The translations under genes and the position numbers were made by a program. Below, one piece after another: positions 1 to 9,593 of a DNA stretch of 64,000 bases. The notes beneath the pieces were generated by a model. That model was not told the origin of the DNA. It did not search any database and saw nothing but the letters and a program-made list of their open reading frames with translations. The DNA is taken from the IMG/VR virus record IMGVR_UViG_3300027759_006101, positions 62,001 to 126,000 of that record; one strand, given 5' to 3'. Within the stretch, counting starts at the first letter, position 1; every line of letters starts with the position of its first letter.

Positions 1-42
1 GACTATAATAGTCTGAAGTATTCTGTAAATAGTACATTAGGT

Positions 43-2334
43 ATGGGCTACACCACACTTAACTTACTTTTACGAAAAGGCACAAATCTAAATGAATCTT
101 TAGCTATGTTTGTTTTACGTGGAGATGATATCACGAGATTAGGATATCCATCAAGCGAACAGAGAGATTTGCTCCTTGATCAAATTATAGAGGCTAAACC
201 AGAATTACAATATTTTCAAGATCATACAAGTGTAATCAACTTAATCAGACGTGGTGAAGGAAATTTTTACTTACCGCAAATAGAAGAATATATTTATTCA
301 GGAATTGATGAAAGCAAAGTTTTAGAAGTTCTTTTTAAATTATTGTTACATGGTACTCCACAAGATAAAGTTGCATCATTATTATCTTTACTTCCTAACA
401 AATATAGACTAGCAGTTGCAATAAAAATAGATGAGTACAAAGATTTTGAAAACTTCTCTAAAATTATGGCTTCTAAACTGTATTCAAGCATATCTGAACA
501 TGATTTCAATAGTGAAACTTCTTTTCTTGCAAAATTAAAATCTTTCAAAACTTTTCTTGAACTAATTTACAGTAAAGGAGACGAATGTACTCCGCTTTTC
601 ATACAAATGGGGCTTGCAAAACCTGAAGTTATAATTAGATATTTAGAAAAAAATCCAGAAGACTTTGAAAAATTTTCTGAGGATATTTTAGATAGTCTTG
701 GTGCTGAAGTTAAAAATAAAGTTGTTAAAAATGGTGTTCAAGCAAAAACAAGAATACAAAATGATGGTTTTGCTGCTTTAGAAAAAGCACAATCAGAAAA
801 AGTTATTGAAGTTAAAAAAGCAACTGAAACTTCCCTTAACTGGGCATATGGTAAAAATCCAAATAAAGTGACTGCTCCTAATGGTATGTCTGAAAGTGAG
901 CTCAGACAGAAACAAAAAACAGATGAAGTTTTCGATAAATTTATGATTTCTTACGAAGACCGTATGAAGCAAGAATCACCTTTTGCTGGTGTCAGTGAAG
1001 AAAACATTGAAAAATATTCTGATCAAATGGTCATTATAGAGTTTAGCACTTGGGCTCTCAAAGATTTTATGAGAAGGAATAATATTCCTAAGTTGAAATT
1101 AGGTCCAGTTGATTTCACCGAAGAAAAATGGGGAGGATTATTTGTACCAAGATTTCCAACAAAGGATAGAGGTCCTGTTCCTGCAATCATTATCAAAACA
1201 GATATATGGCAACAATTAGCATATCACAAAGCATTAGCAGAAAATATAGGTATGGATGCTCAGCATTATCTTGAAGCAACAAAAAGACACGAAGTTGCTC
1301 ACGCCTTACAATATCTTCAGTCTGGTGATTTTTCATTGCAAGATTCTGTTGAATTAAATCCAGAATTAACTCCAGAAGAAGCATATATTGCAAACCCGTC
1401 AGAACTTTATGCAAGAGTTCACGGAGATATTCCTTATCTCTCTAAAATATTTGATGCTCATATTGGTAAATTAATGTCAGATCCAAAGATATATCAAGCA
1501 GCCAAAGAACAATGGATACTTGATATTCAAGACGAAATGGTTCACTTAATGTCTGGTGGCACTAACGCCAAAAGATTACTTGAGGATATGGAAACTGGCA
1601 GATTTGGTAGTTACACAACATCTACTGGTCAAACAATAAAATTATCAGATCCTCTTGAAGCAATTAATAAAATGTTGCAACGTCAAAGGAATAGATTAGA
1701 AATGATCTTCCATGAGACATTCCAAATTCAAGGAAGAAGAGATTATAGAAGAGGTTTAATAGGTAAAAAAAATCAACTTGCTAGACAAATTGAATCTTCT
1801 CCAATTGATAGTCCTGAAAGAACAAAATTAGAAAAAGAATTAAAAGAAGTGCAATCAAAATTAGTTGAATCTGGAAAAATGTTAATCTTTGACGTAAAGG
1901 ATGTTACTGAAGGAGTGATCGAAGGATACCTAGCAGATTACTTTGGTAAAATTGCAAAGGCCGTAGCAGATGGTTTGCTCACTACTGATGTTGTAAATCC
2001 AGAAGGTGAAGACAGAGTAAAAGAAAATGCTCTCTTGCGTGAAGATGCAAAAAAACAAGAGCCTCCAACAGCTAGAGATATAAAACAGCATTCAAGATTT
2101 CAAATTGAACAATCAGAACCTATCCCTAGTGGAAGAAAACTTGATGTTATATTGCCAAGGTATAAGGGTGAAGGAATGCCACCTGGAAATTTCCCTGGTT
2201 TTGAAAACGCTGAACAAGATGACAAGCAAGTTGATATTACTATAGAAAGAGAGCAAGAAGAAACAGAAGAAAAGACTGCTAGTGTCTACAACCATAGAAT
2301 ATCAATCAAACAAAAAGTCTTCTCCAAGTATTAA
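43..2334 (+). CDS. Large orphan protein with a zincin-like metallopeptidase motif
   Basis: 763-aa ORF. HEVAH (HExxH) at nt 1288-1302, followed by EEAYIANPSELYAR, the Y..xPxExxAR pattern of phage zincin-like domains. Confidence 0.55.
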   Translation: MGYTTLNLLLRKGTNLNESLAMFVLRGDDITRLGYPSSEQRDLLLDQIIEAKPELQYFQDHTSVINLIRRGEGNFYLPQIEEYIYSGIDESKVLEVLFKLLLHGTPQDKVASLLSLLPNKYRLAVAIKIDEYKDFENFSKIMASKLYSSISEHDFNSETSFLAKLKSFKTFLELIYSKGDECTPLFIQMGLAKPEVIIRYLEKNPEDFEKFSEDILDSLGAEVKNKVVKNGVQAKTRIQNDGFAALEKAQSEKVIEVKKATETSLNWAYGKNPNKVTAPNGMSESELRQKQKTDEVFDKFMISYEDRMKQESPFAGVSEENIEKYSDQMVIIEFSTWALKDFMRRNNIPKLKLGPVDFTEEKWGGLFVPRFPTKDRGPVPAIIIKTDIWQQLAYHKALAENIGMDAQHYLEATKRHEVAHALQYLQSGDFSLQDSVELNPELTPEEAYIANPSELYARVHGDIPYLSKIFDAHIGKLMSDPKIYQAAKEQWILDIQDEMVHLMSGGTNAKRLLEDMETGRFGSYTTSTGQTIKLSDPLEAINKMLQRQRNRLEMIFHETFQIQGRRDYRRGLIGKKNQLARQIESSPIDSPERTKLEKELKEVQSKLVESGKMLIFDVKDVTEGVIEGYLADYFGKIAKAVADGLLTTDVVNPEGEDRVKENALLREDAKKQEPPTARDIKQHSRFQIEQSEPIPSGRKLDVILPRYKGEGMPPGNFPGFENAEQDDKQVDITIEREQEETEEKTASVYNHRISIKQKVFSKY

Positions 2335-2868
2335 CTTCATTTCTTCAAGAGCTTTTGAAAGTCTTTTAGAAAAAGCACCTTGAGTAATCCCTAAAGTTTG
2401 TGCGCATTCTTTTTGGTCTAACCCATCAAAGAAATAGACTTGGATTACTTCTCTATTTTTTTCGCTCAATTGTTCTAAAGCTTGATGTATACAAATTGCA
2501 TTGTCAATTTTATTGAAAGGATCTTGAGCTTCTTCTGGGAAGTAATCATCATTAGATAATTCTTCTTTTGGAAAATATTTATCAGTTGAGTATCTAAATA
2601 AATTGATGTCTATTCTTGTCGATAAGAAATAAGAAAAATAAGATAATTTAGGATCGTATTGTTCAATTAATTTTCTTAAAACAAAAATACAGTCACTTAA
2701 TATATCTTCTCTATGTAATGAAAGGCGAGATTCTTTTTGAATTATTCTTTTTACAGATGAAATAAAAAGTGGCTTATAAAATTCATATAATTCAAAAAGC
2801 GCAGAATCATTTCCAGCTTTGTACTTATATAAAAGCTTATTTATTTCATCGTAATTATTCTCGGCCAT
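2302..2868 (-). CDS. RNA polymerase sigma-70 family factor (ECF-size, regions 2 and 4)
   Basis: Region-2-like YKAGNDSALFELYEFYKP...EQYDPKLSYFSYF. Region-4 HTH ALEQLSEKNREVIQVYFFDGLDQKECAQTLGITQGAFSKRLSKA. Confidence 0.85.
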   Translation of the reverse strand: MAENNYDEINKLLYKYKAGNDSALFELYEFYKPLFISSVKRIIQKESRLSLHREDILSDCIFVLRKLIEQYDPKLSYFSYFLSTRIDINLFRYSTDKYFPKEELSNDDYFPEEAQDPFNKIDNAICIHQALEQLSEKNREVIQVYFFDGLDQKECAQTLGITQGAFSKRLSKALEEMKLILGEDFLFD

Positions 2869-2875
2869 ACAAGAA

Positions 2876-3877
2876 TTATACAGAGGCGAGTTTTGAAATT
2901 AATATTGGCACTGAATGATTGGCAGATCCACTGGTTCTTAAATCAACAATACTGTCAACAAGTAAAGTTATCATTTTTGAATACTGCTCAGAGCTATACA
3001 TATTTTCTTTGCTTGATTGTATGCGAATTCTTATAGGATTTTGAACTTTTACTACAAATGTAGGTTCCTTGTATTCATCATTTAAATACTTACCTAATAT
3101 GTCACGTAACTCAACAATTTCTTGAACTTCTGATAAAGGATGAAATTTTTTATTAGTTTCTGAAATAATAAGCATGAAATTCAGTTGGCTTAATAAAACA
3201 AGTAAGAATCCTTGTTCTCCCATAGAGTCAATAAGAAGATCTATTTTTGTTAAGCAATAATCTAAATTCTTATTCATCAGTTGTTCGATAAATTCGAATA
3301 TGTCGCATTCTTCATTGAAAGAGGCGTTTTGTATGTCACGTAAAAAAATCTTATCTGTGTAGGAAATTATTTTTTCTAATTCCTTAAAAAGAATATCAAT
3401 ATCATAGCAGATAATTTCTTTCTTGCTTCCAGATTGTTTTGATTTTATGCGTAAGACAGGGCATATTTCTAAAAGGTGATTTAAAGTTTCGCCGTTTATA
3501 TTTGCATTGTTTTTCAAAACATAATTATTTATATGACGTTTGAGAGCGTTAGTATCTCCCGCAAGAGGATAGCTACAATCGAAAATCAAGTTATTCTTTT
3601 TGGCTTTAGCTATAAGAGACAATCTTCCATCAAAGCTGTCGTCATCATATAAAATGACGTGTTTTATCCCTAGCTTTTCACTCTTTTCTTGAATAAGTTT
3701 TATGTCTTCATTTGTAATTTTTGTATGGACATATAAATTATCACTATCAAAAAATTTAGAATAGTTATTTATTATTTTATCTACATCATTGTCAAACAGA
3801 AGAACAAGATCAGGGAATTCTTCTCTAATCTTGTTCAGCGATATGGTAGTTGATCCGTAATAAATTCGTGGAAACAT
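2876..3877 (-). CDS. holA: DNA polymerase III delta subunit-like (clamp loader)
   Basis: ELEKIISY and DIFEFIEQLMNKN motifs, about 330 aa, directly after dnaN. Start moved to the ATG at 3877 (MFPRIYYG). Confidence 0.65.
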   Translation of the reverse strand: MFPRIYYGSTTISLNKIREEFPDLVLLFDNDVDKIINNYSKFFDSDNLYVHTKITNEDIKLIQEKSEKLGIKHVILYDDDSFDGRLSLIAKAKKNNLIFDCSYPLAGDTNALKRHINNYVLKNNANINGETLNHLLEICPVLRIKSKQSGSKKEIICYDIDILFKELEKIISYTDKIFLRDIQNASFNEECDIFEFIEQLMNKNLDYCLTKIDLLIDSMGEQGFLLVLLSQLNFMLIISETNKKFHPLSEVQEIVELRDILGKYLNDEYKEPTFVVKVQNPIRIRIQSSKENMYSSEQYSKMITLLVDSIVDLRTSGSANHSVPILISKLASV

Positions 3878-3878
3878 T

Positions 3879-4976
3879 TTAGTCCATTGGAAAAAGGATA
3901 TGCTTGAAATTTTCAGCTTCAAGCATTAACAAAATAAAATCATTATGTTTAATAAAATTGAGTCTTAACTTTTTACCATCTAACAATTCTAAAACTCTGA
4001 TTAGATGAGAAGACACATATGATACGGATAAAACTTCATAATTTTCAACTTCTATGGTATCAACGACAGCATTTTTTTCATTACTTGTTGCTGAAACTAT
4101 AAGCTTATTGATGTCTAAGGTCAAGTTTATCATATGAGAATTGGCAATACTTGATACGAACTTGACACTCTTAACTAATGCATCTTTTTCCAAATCCAGA
4201 GATAAAAAGAAACTATCACTAAAAAACTGATTGAAATTAGAAAATATTTTTTCGTAATTATTCTTCTCAAGACTACAAGAAAGTTCTCCGCCATCCCAAG
4301 TTAAATAAAGTTTATTATTAAAGAGTGAAAAAACGACTCCTGGTATTTTGTCAATATAGTAAAGAATTACATCTGAGATAGTTTTAGAAATCAAGTAAGA
4401 TGACTGCAATTCGTACTTTTTACCAAATACACTTATTCTATGTTTATCAGAAGATTGAGTGTTAATTTTACCATCTTCAAAAAACCAAAGTATAGAAGTA
4501 TAAGGATGTTCATCAAAATCAGGAGCGCATGAAAAAGAAGTCATTTTAATGCTGTGAACAAAATCTTCTACTGTAATTTCCAAAGTTTCTTCATTATTTG
4601 AAAAACTAATTACAAAATTATCTACAGGAACAGTTGCTAAAGATACTCTGGTTTTCTTGTTACCAAATATAAGCAAATTGTCTTCAGGATTGTAAATAAA
4701 TTGAACTTCTTCTGTTGGAAAGTTACTAAGTGCATTAAAAAATGAAGAGATGTCCAATCCAAAAGTACCATTTTCTGTAGATTGAACATTCTTAAGTAAA
4801 AATTTTGAACTGCAGAAATTATTCTCTGACTGGACATAAAGTTTTCCATCAATTGCGTGAAAAATAAGACTACTTGACGCAGCTTTATTCTCACGCATTG
4901 AAAGCTTTGATTTTTCAACTTTATTCAGTAATGCAAAACATACAAGATGCTGTGCCTTATTCAACTTAAATTTCAA
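3879..4976 (-). CDS. dnaN: DNA polymerase III beta sliding clamp
   Basis: About 365 aa with three-domain beta-clamp pattern and SSDKHRIS (=TDGHRLA). TTG start at 4976 overlaps the purA stop (TTGA). Confidence 0.75.
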   Translation of the reverse strand: MKFKLNKAQHLVCFALLNKVEKSKLSMRENKAASSSLIFHAIDGKLYVQSENNFCSSKFLLKNVQSTENGTFGLDISSFFNALSNFPTEEVQFIYNPEDNLLIFGNKKTRVSLATVPVDNFVISFSNNEETLEITVEDFVHSIKMTSFSCAPDFDEHPYTSILWFFEDGKINTQSSDKHRISVFGKKYELQSSYLISKTISDVILYYIDKIPGVVFSLFNNKLYLTWDGGELSCSLEKNNYEKIFSNFNQFFSDSFFLSLDLEKDALVKSVKFVSSIANSHMINLTLDINKLIVSATSNEKNAVVDTIEVENYEVLSVSYVSSHLIRVLELLDGKKLRLNFIKHNDFILLMLEAENFKHILFPMD

Positions 4977-5968
4977 TGTAGTTGTCCTTGGAATTGGATA
5001 AATATACCAGGAAGTACCATACCAACTTCTTTCCAAATATTAGAAACAAATGTATCTTCATTTGCACAAGAAATCAACATATTGTTTTCGTAATAATTCC
5101 AAGCACTGTCAACTTGTCGAAGAACATCCATTTTGTTGACAACAAGCTTAGTGACACCATTCATTTGACAAGCAGTTATAACTTCTTGGATGTTTAGCCA
5201 GTCAATTTGTCTTGGTCGTCCTGTCGTGGCTCCATACTCTTGCCCAATTTCTCTGAGCTGCTCAAATCGCTCGTCATCTTTTTGGTATCCTTTAGCTCCA
5301 ACATAGGTAGAATAACACTTGATAACCCCGATAACATCCCGTACTTGCTTATAATTGAAACCATTATTTAATACTGCTCCTACTCCGGTGTTTGAAGAAG
5401 TGACATAAGGATAATCACCAAAATCAATGTCAAGCCAATATCCTTGAGCACCTTCAGCTAAAAATTTTTTTGGGGAAGAATGAATTAGACTGTACATATC
5501 AACGAGATATGGTGCTAATTCTGGAACATCTTTAGCACGAAGACCTGTACGACCAACTTTGTCTTTATAACAAGGGCCATTTCCAGTTCGAGTTGTTCCA
5601 ATAGTTGTATCTTTGGAATCTTCGTCAATATGTTCTTGAGTAATTATATGGGCGTTTTCTGCAATCTTCAGAAGCGTTGTGTCAAATCCAAATCCTTCAA
5701 GATACGCAAGTTCGTCAAATAATTTTTGCGTATTGATAACACAACCATTACCGATGACACTAGGAATGCCATGCAGAATACCACAAGGAACCAAATGTGT
5801 AACAATTTTCTCTCCATTGAGGTAAATTGTATGACCGGCATTTCCTCCACCGTTAAAACGGACAACGTAGTCATACTCACCTGATGCAGCCATTTGATTG
5901 GCTATTTTGCCTTTTCCTTCATCGCCATACTGCATACCGATAACTACATCAACAATTGAAGTTTCCAT
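4973..5968 (-). CDS. purA: Adenylosuccinate synthetase, compact 331-aa form
   Basis: GMQYGDEGKGK, GGNAGHT, IGTTRTGNGPCYKDK, EGAQG..LDIDFGDYPYVTSS, GATTGRPR. Confidence 0.95.
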   Translation of the reverse strand: METSIVDVVIGMQYGDEGKGKIANQMAASGEYDYVVRFNGGGNAGHTIYLNGEKIVTHLVPCGILHGIPSVIGNGCVINTQKLFDELAYLEGFGFDTTLLKIAENAHIITQEHIDEDSKDTTIGTTRTGNGPCYKDKVGRTGLRAKDVPELAPYLVDMYSLIHSSPKKFLAEGAQGYWLDIDFGDYPYVTSSNTGVGAVLNNGFNYKQVRDVIGVIKCYSTYVGAKGYQKDDERFEQLREIGQEYGATTGRPRQIDWLNIQEVITACQMNGVTKLVVNKMDVLRQVDSAWNYYENNMLISCANEDTFVSNIWKEVGMVLPGIFIQFQGQLH

Positions 5969-6006
5969 ATGCGTATCTTACTACATTGCAAGATTAATGG
6001 CAAGAG

Positions 6007-6630
6007 TTACAATTCTATATCTTTTTCTTCGTCAAAAAACTCTCTATCATCCACACCATTGAATTGAACATCAACGTGGGCATCAGGGAATTTAAGTCTT
6101 ATTTTGCTTATTGCTGCTTCTGTGTCGTAATCTTCTAATGGTAAATTAGTGGTGAAAACAACATCGTGAGAAATTTCTTCAGCATCTTCTTCCTCACTAT
6201 ACATATTCTCTAACCCAGGAATTGAAAGTTGGTCTGTTAGCAATTTGCCTTCTTTGTCAGAACCTTTTGATAGTGCTTTGAAAGATAAAGGGTCCATAAA
6301 GAAGAATTTCCAAACACCATTTTCAGGAAATAATAAAATTTGAGGATAAAGCTCAAAATGCCTTCTTGTTCCTTTGGATCTTTCAACAAGTTGTTCCATA
6401 GGATCTTTTGTTGGATCAACAGTAAACTTTTCATCACCAAGAATATCTATTGGATCTCTTCTTTCTTTTCTTGATTTAGTAAGTACAAAATCTGATAATG
6501 TTTCGGGATTTTTATATACTGTATCAAAGTCCAAATCAGATGGATCTATGGCAAGTTTAGTCAACTTATCTGCCAATTTGTGTCTTCCAATACTGTCTAA
6601 AAAAGAAGCAACTCTTAATAGTATTTGCAT
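6007..6630 (-). CDS. Hypothetical protein with N-terminal helical-hairpin tag
   Basis: 207-aa ORF beginning MQILLRVASFLDSIGRHKLADKLT. Confidence 0.6.
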   Translation of the reverse strand: MQILLRVASFLDSIGRHKLADKLTKLAIDPSDLDFDTVYKNPETLSDFVLTKSRKERRDPIDILGDEKFTVDPTKDPMEQLVERSKGTRRHFELYPQILLFPENGVWKFFFMDPLSFKALSKGSDKEGKLLTDQLSIPGLENMYSEEEDAEEISHDVVFTTNLPLEDYDTEAAISKIRLKFPDAHVDVQFNGVDDREFFDEEKDIEL

Positions 6631-6633
6631 AAT

Positions 6634-7344
6634 CTATTTTTTAGGTAGCTTGTGAGATACATCCTGTTTTTCGTCTTCTTTAAATTGAGTATAGACTTCA
6701 GAAGCTTTTTTTCTAATTCTTGTAAGTGCGTTGTCTACACATTTAGCTGGAACTTGTAGCGTTTGAGAAATTTCTTTGTATGATGAGTTTTGGCCATACT
6801 CAACAAAAATTTCCGCTTCTAATGATGTTAATTTATTTAAAAGCATTGTTGAATTGATTTCAAGTTCTTCTCTTACAATTATATCTTCAACTAGATTGAC
6901 TTCAGGAGATTCATCGAAGGGGTTTTTCTTATCAGGTATGTAATCTCCAAGTGAATGAAAATTGCCATCATCATTTAATATAAATGGAGCATCTAAAGAA
7001 ACTGAATCATTCAACGCTGAATTTTTCATTCTTTTTGCCGATGCTATGGCTGTTGCTAAATGTCTCTTGCAAACAAGATTGACACAAAAGTTTTTAAATG
7101 TAGTGTCTTTGGTGCAATCATAGGAATTTACAGCTTTAAATACACCTAATCTCAATTCTTGCATCACATCTTCTTTATCTCCGCCAACAATAAAAAAGTG
7201 AGGTGCAATTTTCTTGAGATCTGGTTCTACCATCTTGAGCAGTCTTTTAAATGCTGCTTGATTTCCCGCTTTTGCTCTATTTACTAATCTGACTATTCTA
7301 AAATCTTCGGTTGCCATCAAAACTCCCGAAGGCACTTTCTTCAC
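6634..7344 (-). CDS. sigH: SigH (Spo0H)-like RNA polymerase sigma factor
   Basis: FFIVGGDKEDVMQE, TTFKNF, RHLATAIASAKRMKNSALNDSVSLDAP, SYKEIS...KCVDNALTRIRKK. These track B. subtilis SigH (YFLIGADREDIVQE...SYQEIS...KSIDNALQRVKRK). Confidence 0.85.
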   Translation of the reverse strand: MKKVPSGVLMATEDFRIVRLVNRAKAGNQAAFKRLLKMVEPDLKKIAPHFFIVGGDKEDVMQELRLGVFKAVNSYDCTKDTTFKNFCVNLVCKRHLATAIASAKRMKNSALNDSVSLDAPFILNDDGNFHSLGDYIPDKKNPFDESPEVNLVEDIIVREELEINSTMLLNKLTSLEAEIFVEYGQNSSYKEISQTLQVPAKCVDNALTRIRKKASEVYTQFKEDEKQDVSHKLPKK

Positions 7345-7353
7345 TACATCTTT

Positions 7354-8415
7354 TTACGCATTTTCTTTTTCAGCGTATCTTTCAATTGTTTTGAGAACAC
7401 CTGTTGTTGCTACAATGTCCTCAGAAACCGTTTGCCTTATGTCTTTTGTAATGTTATACAGTTGTTCTGCAATATCAATAAGCAACAAAGTATTTACAGA
7501 TCTTGCTATATTTTCTATATCAACATCTCTTTCAACCTTTTTGGTCTTAATAACAACATACCTAAATGCTTCAATGAAATTTTGAGATGTTTCAAGCAGC
7601 AAATTACTTAGGCTTCTACCTTCAGAGTGAGATGCTTGGATAATACGGAAGGCATTAGCATAATTTTTTTGAATTATAGCGTAAGACAAATCAATAGAAA
7701 GTTGTTTGGGTGATCTGTCAAGTAACTCTCTAATATTATCTTCTGATATATCATTCATAGAAGCTTGTTCAAGAATAGAAAGAGCAGTTCTGGCACTTCC
7801 TTCGGCATCAGAAGCAATAAGATTCAATGCTTCATCATCATAAACAAGATTTTCTTTCTCGCAAACTTCACCTAATAATTCAACTAAATTTTGTTTATTC
7901 AATTTTTTCATCAAGAATGTTTGACAACGAGTATGAATAGCACGGAGAATTTTATGTGGGTCAGTTGTGCAAAAGAAAAACTTTACATAACTTGGCGGTT
8001 CTTCAGTAAGCTTGATAAGAGATGTTTGAGCTTGAGTGGTGAGCATCTGAGCTTCATCAAGAATAAAAATCTTATACTTACCTAAAGTTGGAGCAAGACG
8101 TGACAATTGAACAACATTTTCACGTATATGATCAACACCATTGTTTACTGCACAATTAATTTCATAAACATCTGGATGCTCATCGTTCAATACCATTTCT
8201 TTCAAATCAGCTTGTTCACTATTACAAAGAAGATGAGCTGAAGCAACACGAGCAAGAGTTGTCTTACCAGTACCAGGAGGGCCTGCAAAAATATAGGCGT
8301 GAGTAGTCCTATTATTCTTGATCTGTGTCTCAAGAATTTCTGCTGATTTGCTGCCCTTTATGTCTTTAAATGTTTTAGGGCGGTATTTATTGTAATAGCT
8401 TTGACTAATCATCAT
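7354..8415 (-). CDS. dnaX: DNA polymerase III gamma/tau clamp-loader ATPase (short form)
   Basis: YNKYRPKTF, GPPGTGKTT, DVYEIN, ILDEAQML, TRCQ, EGSARTALSILEQ. Confidence 0.92.
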   Translation of the reverse strand: MMISQSYYNKYRPKTFKDIKGSKSAEILETQIKNNRTTHAYIFAGPPGTGKTTLARVASAHLLCNSEQADLKEMVLNDEHPDVYEINCAVNNGVDHIRENVVQLSRLAPTLGKYKIFILDEAQMLTTQAQTSLIKLTEEPPSYVKFFFCTTDPHKILRAIHTRCQTFLMKKLNKQNLVELLGEVCEKENLVYDDEALNLIASDAEGSARTALSILEQASMNDISEDNIRELLDRSPKQLSIDLSYAIIQKNYANAFRIIQASHSEGRSLSNLLLETSQNFIEAFRYVVIKTKKVERDVDIENIARSVNTLLLIDIAEQLYNITKDIRQTVSEDIVATTGVLKTIERYAEKENA

Positions 8416-8887
8416 CTTCCATCGGTAAAATTAAAGGTAAAGCGTGAGAGCCTTCTAACAAAGAAGGCAATCCATCTTTCAGCATCCAATAAGGACCAAT
8501 TCCAGCTCTTACAAAATATTCTGTAATAAACCCATAGTCCTGAACATCGAACGAACGAATTTTACCATCTTGTGAAGGACTGATGGAGTATAAACAACGA
8601 AAAATGATCCATTCTTTTTTAGATTGTTCTAATTCTTCCCATAGATCAGACCACACACCAAGACAATAAATTTTGCCGTTACCAAGAGATTGCAAAATTC
8701 CCCTAGCCCAAGATTGAGTTAGCCCCGACATAATATATGGCGGGGCATTCTTTCCTTTATATCCATCCATTTCTACAAAGTGAACTAAATCTAAATTTAC
8801 ATATCCAATGAATGGATAGTATTTAGAAACTAGTTTTTCTGCAATATCTTTGCATTCTTCGGACTCTATAAATTCTGGTTCACTCAT
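8405..8887 (-). CDS. Phage metallopeptidase-like protein, probably inactive
   Basis: Fits the W..L...K..I.(HEL.H)...DV..F layout, but the HExxH position reads FRCLYS. Confidence 0.4.
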   Translation of the reverse strand: MSEPEFIESEECKDIAEKLVSKYYPFIGYVNLDLVHFVEMDGYKGKNAPPYIMSGLTQSWARGILQSLGNGKIYCLGVWSDLWEELEQSKKEWIIFRCLYSISPSQDGKIRSFDVQDYGFITEYFVRAGIGPYWMLKDGLPSLLEGSHALPLILPMEDDD

Positions 8888-9219
8888 AGCGATAACTGAG
8901 TAACTGCTACAACTTGATTGTTCTCATCACGAATTGCTGATGGTCCTGTATCAACACAGAATACATCTTCACGATCAAATGAAACAAAGTCCATTGTCAC
9001 TCTATTTACAATATAGTAAACTCCATCTTCAGGATCAGGTAGATTTACAATTTTTTCAAAGTGAGTTTCAACAATAGGAATCCCAGTCAAATAAGCAACA
9101 ACTCTTTGCTTTGTCTCTACGTGGCAAGGATTTTCACATCTTGGTAAAGTTGCGTGTCCTGAAATTGTAATATCATGCCCAATAAGATTTACAAACTTCT
9201 TAAATTCTGGATACATCAT
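8884..9219 (-). CDS. Conserved phage hypothetical protein
   Basis: FVNLIGHDITI...LPDPEDGVYYIV...IRDENNQV pattern, recognised from phage proteins. Confidence 0.55.
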   Translation of the reverse strand: MMYPEFKKFVNLIGHDITISGHATLPRCENPCHVETKQRVVAYLTGIPIVETHFEKIVNLPDPEDGVYYIVNRVTMDFVSFDREDVFCVDTGPSAIRDENNQVVAVTQLSL

Positions 9220-9593
9220 AAATCTAAACCTGCTATGCCTTCGTTACGTTTTGGCTGATAAACAAATGCTGATTGGTCTCCATTGGGTCTCAAATCATTA
9301 ATGAGAACTCTAGAACCACCACCAATTCCCATCACCAATTGATCATAAACAATACCAGCATAAGAAAGTTGCTTGACTGTAACATCACGCAAGCTCTCTT
9401 TGCGTCCGGTAGTAAGAATGATCTTGTAGCCTTTACTATCCCATTCACGAACTTTATCTACAGATCCGTAAATAATTTTAGGTTGATATCCGGGCTTTGC
9501 AATTTCAGTTGGGTCACCTTGTTCCCAAAGTGTTCCATCTAAATCACAAAAAATAGTGTAATTCTTTGTGGCTTGATCAATATTATGTTCCAT
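9216..9593 (-). CDS. HAD-superfamily phosphatase (capless)
   Basis: IFCDLDGT motif I, ILTTGR motif II, INDLR motif IV. Confidence 0.8.
   Translation of the reverse strand: MEHNIDQATKNYTIFCDLDGTLWEQGDPTEIAKPGYQPKIIYGSVDKVREWDSKGYKIILTTGRKESLRDVTVKQLSYAGIVYDQLVMGIGGGSRVLINDLRPNGDQSAFVYQPKRNEGIAGLDL

Noticed and set aside
4973-5968. PurZ (Z-genome) interpretation of the PurA homolog
   Set aside because: It keeps the canonical GDEGKG aspartate (PurZ has GSTGKG), and no DatZ/MazZ-like neighbours are recognisable.
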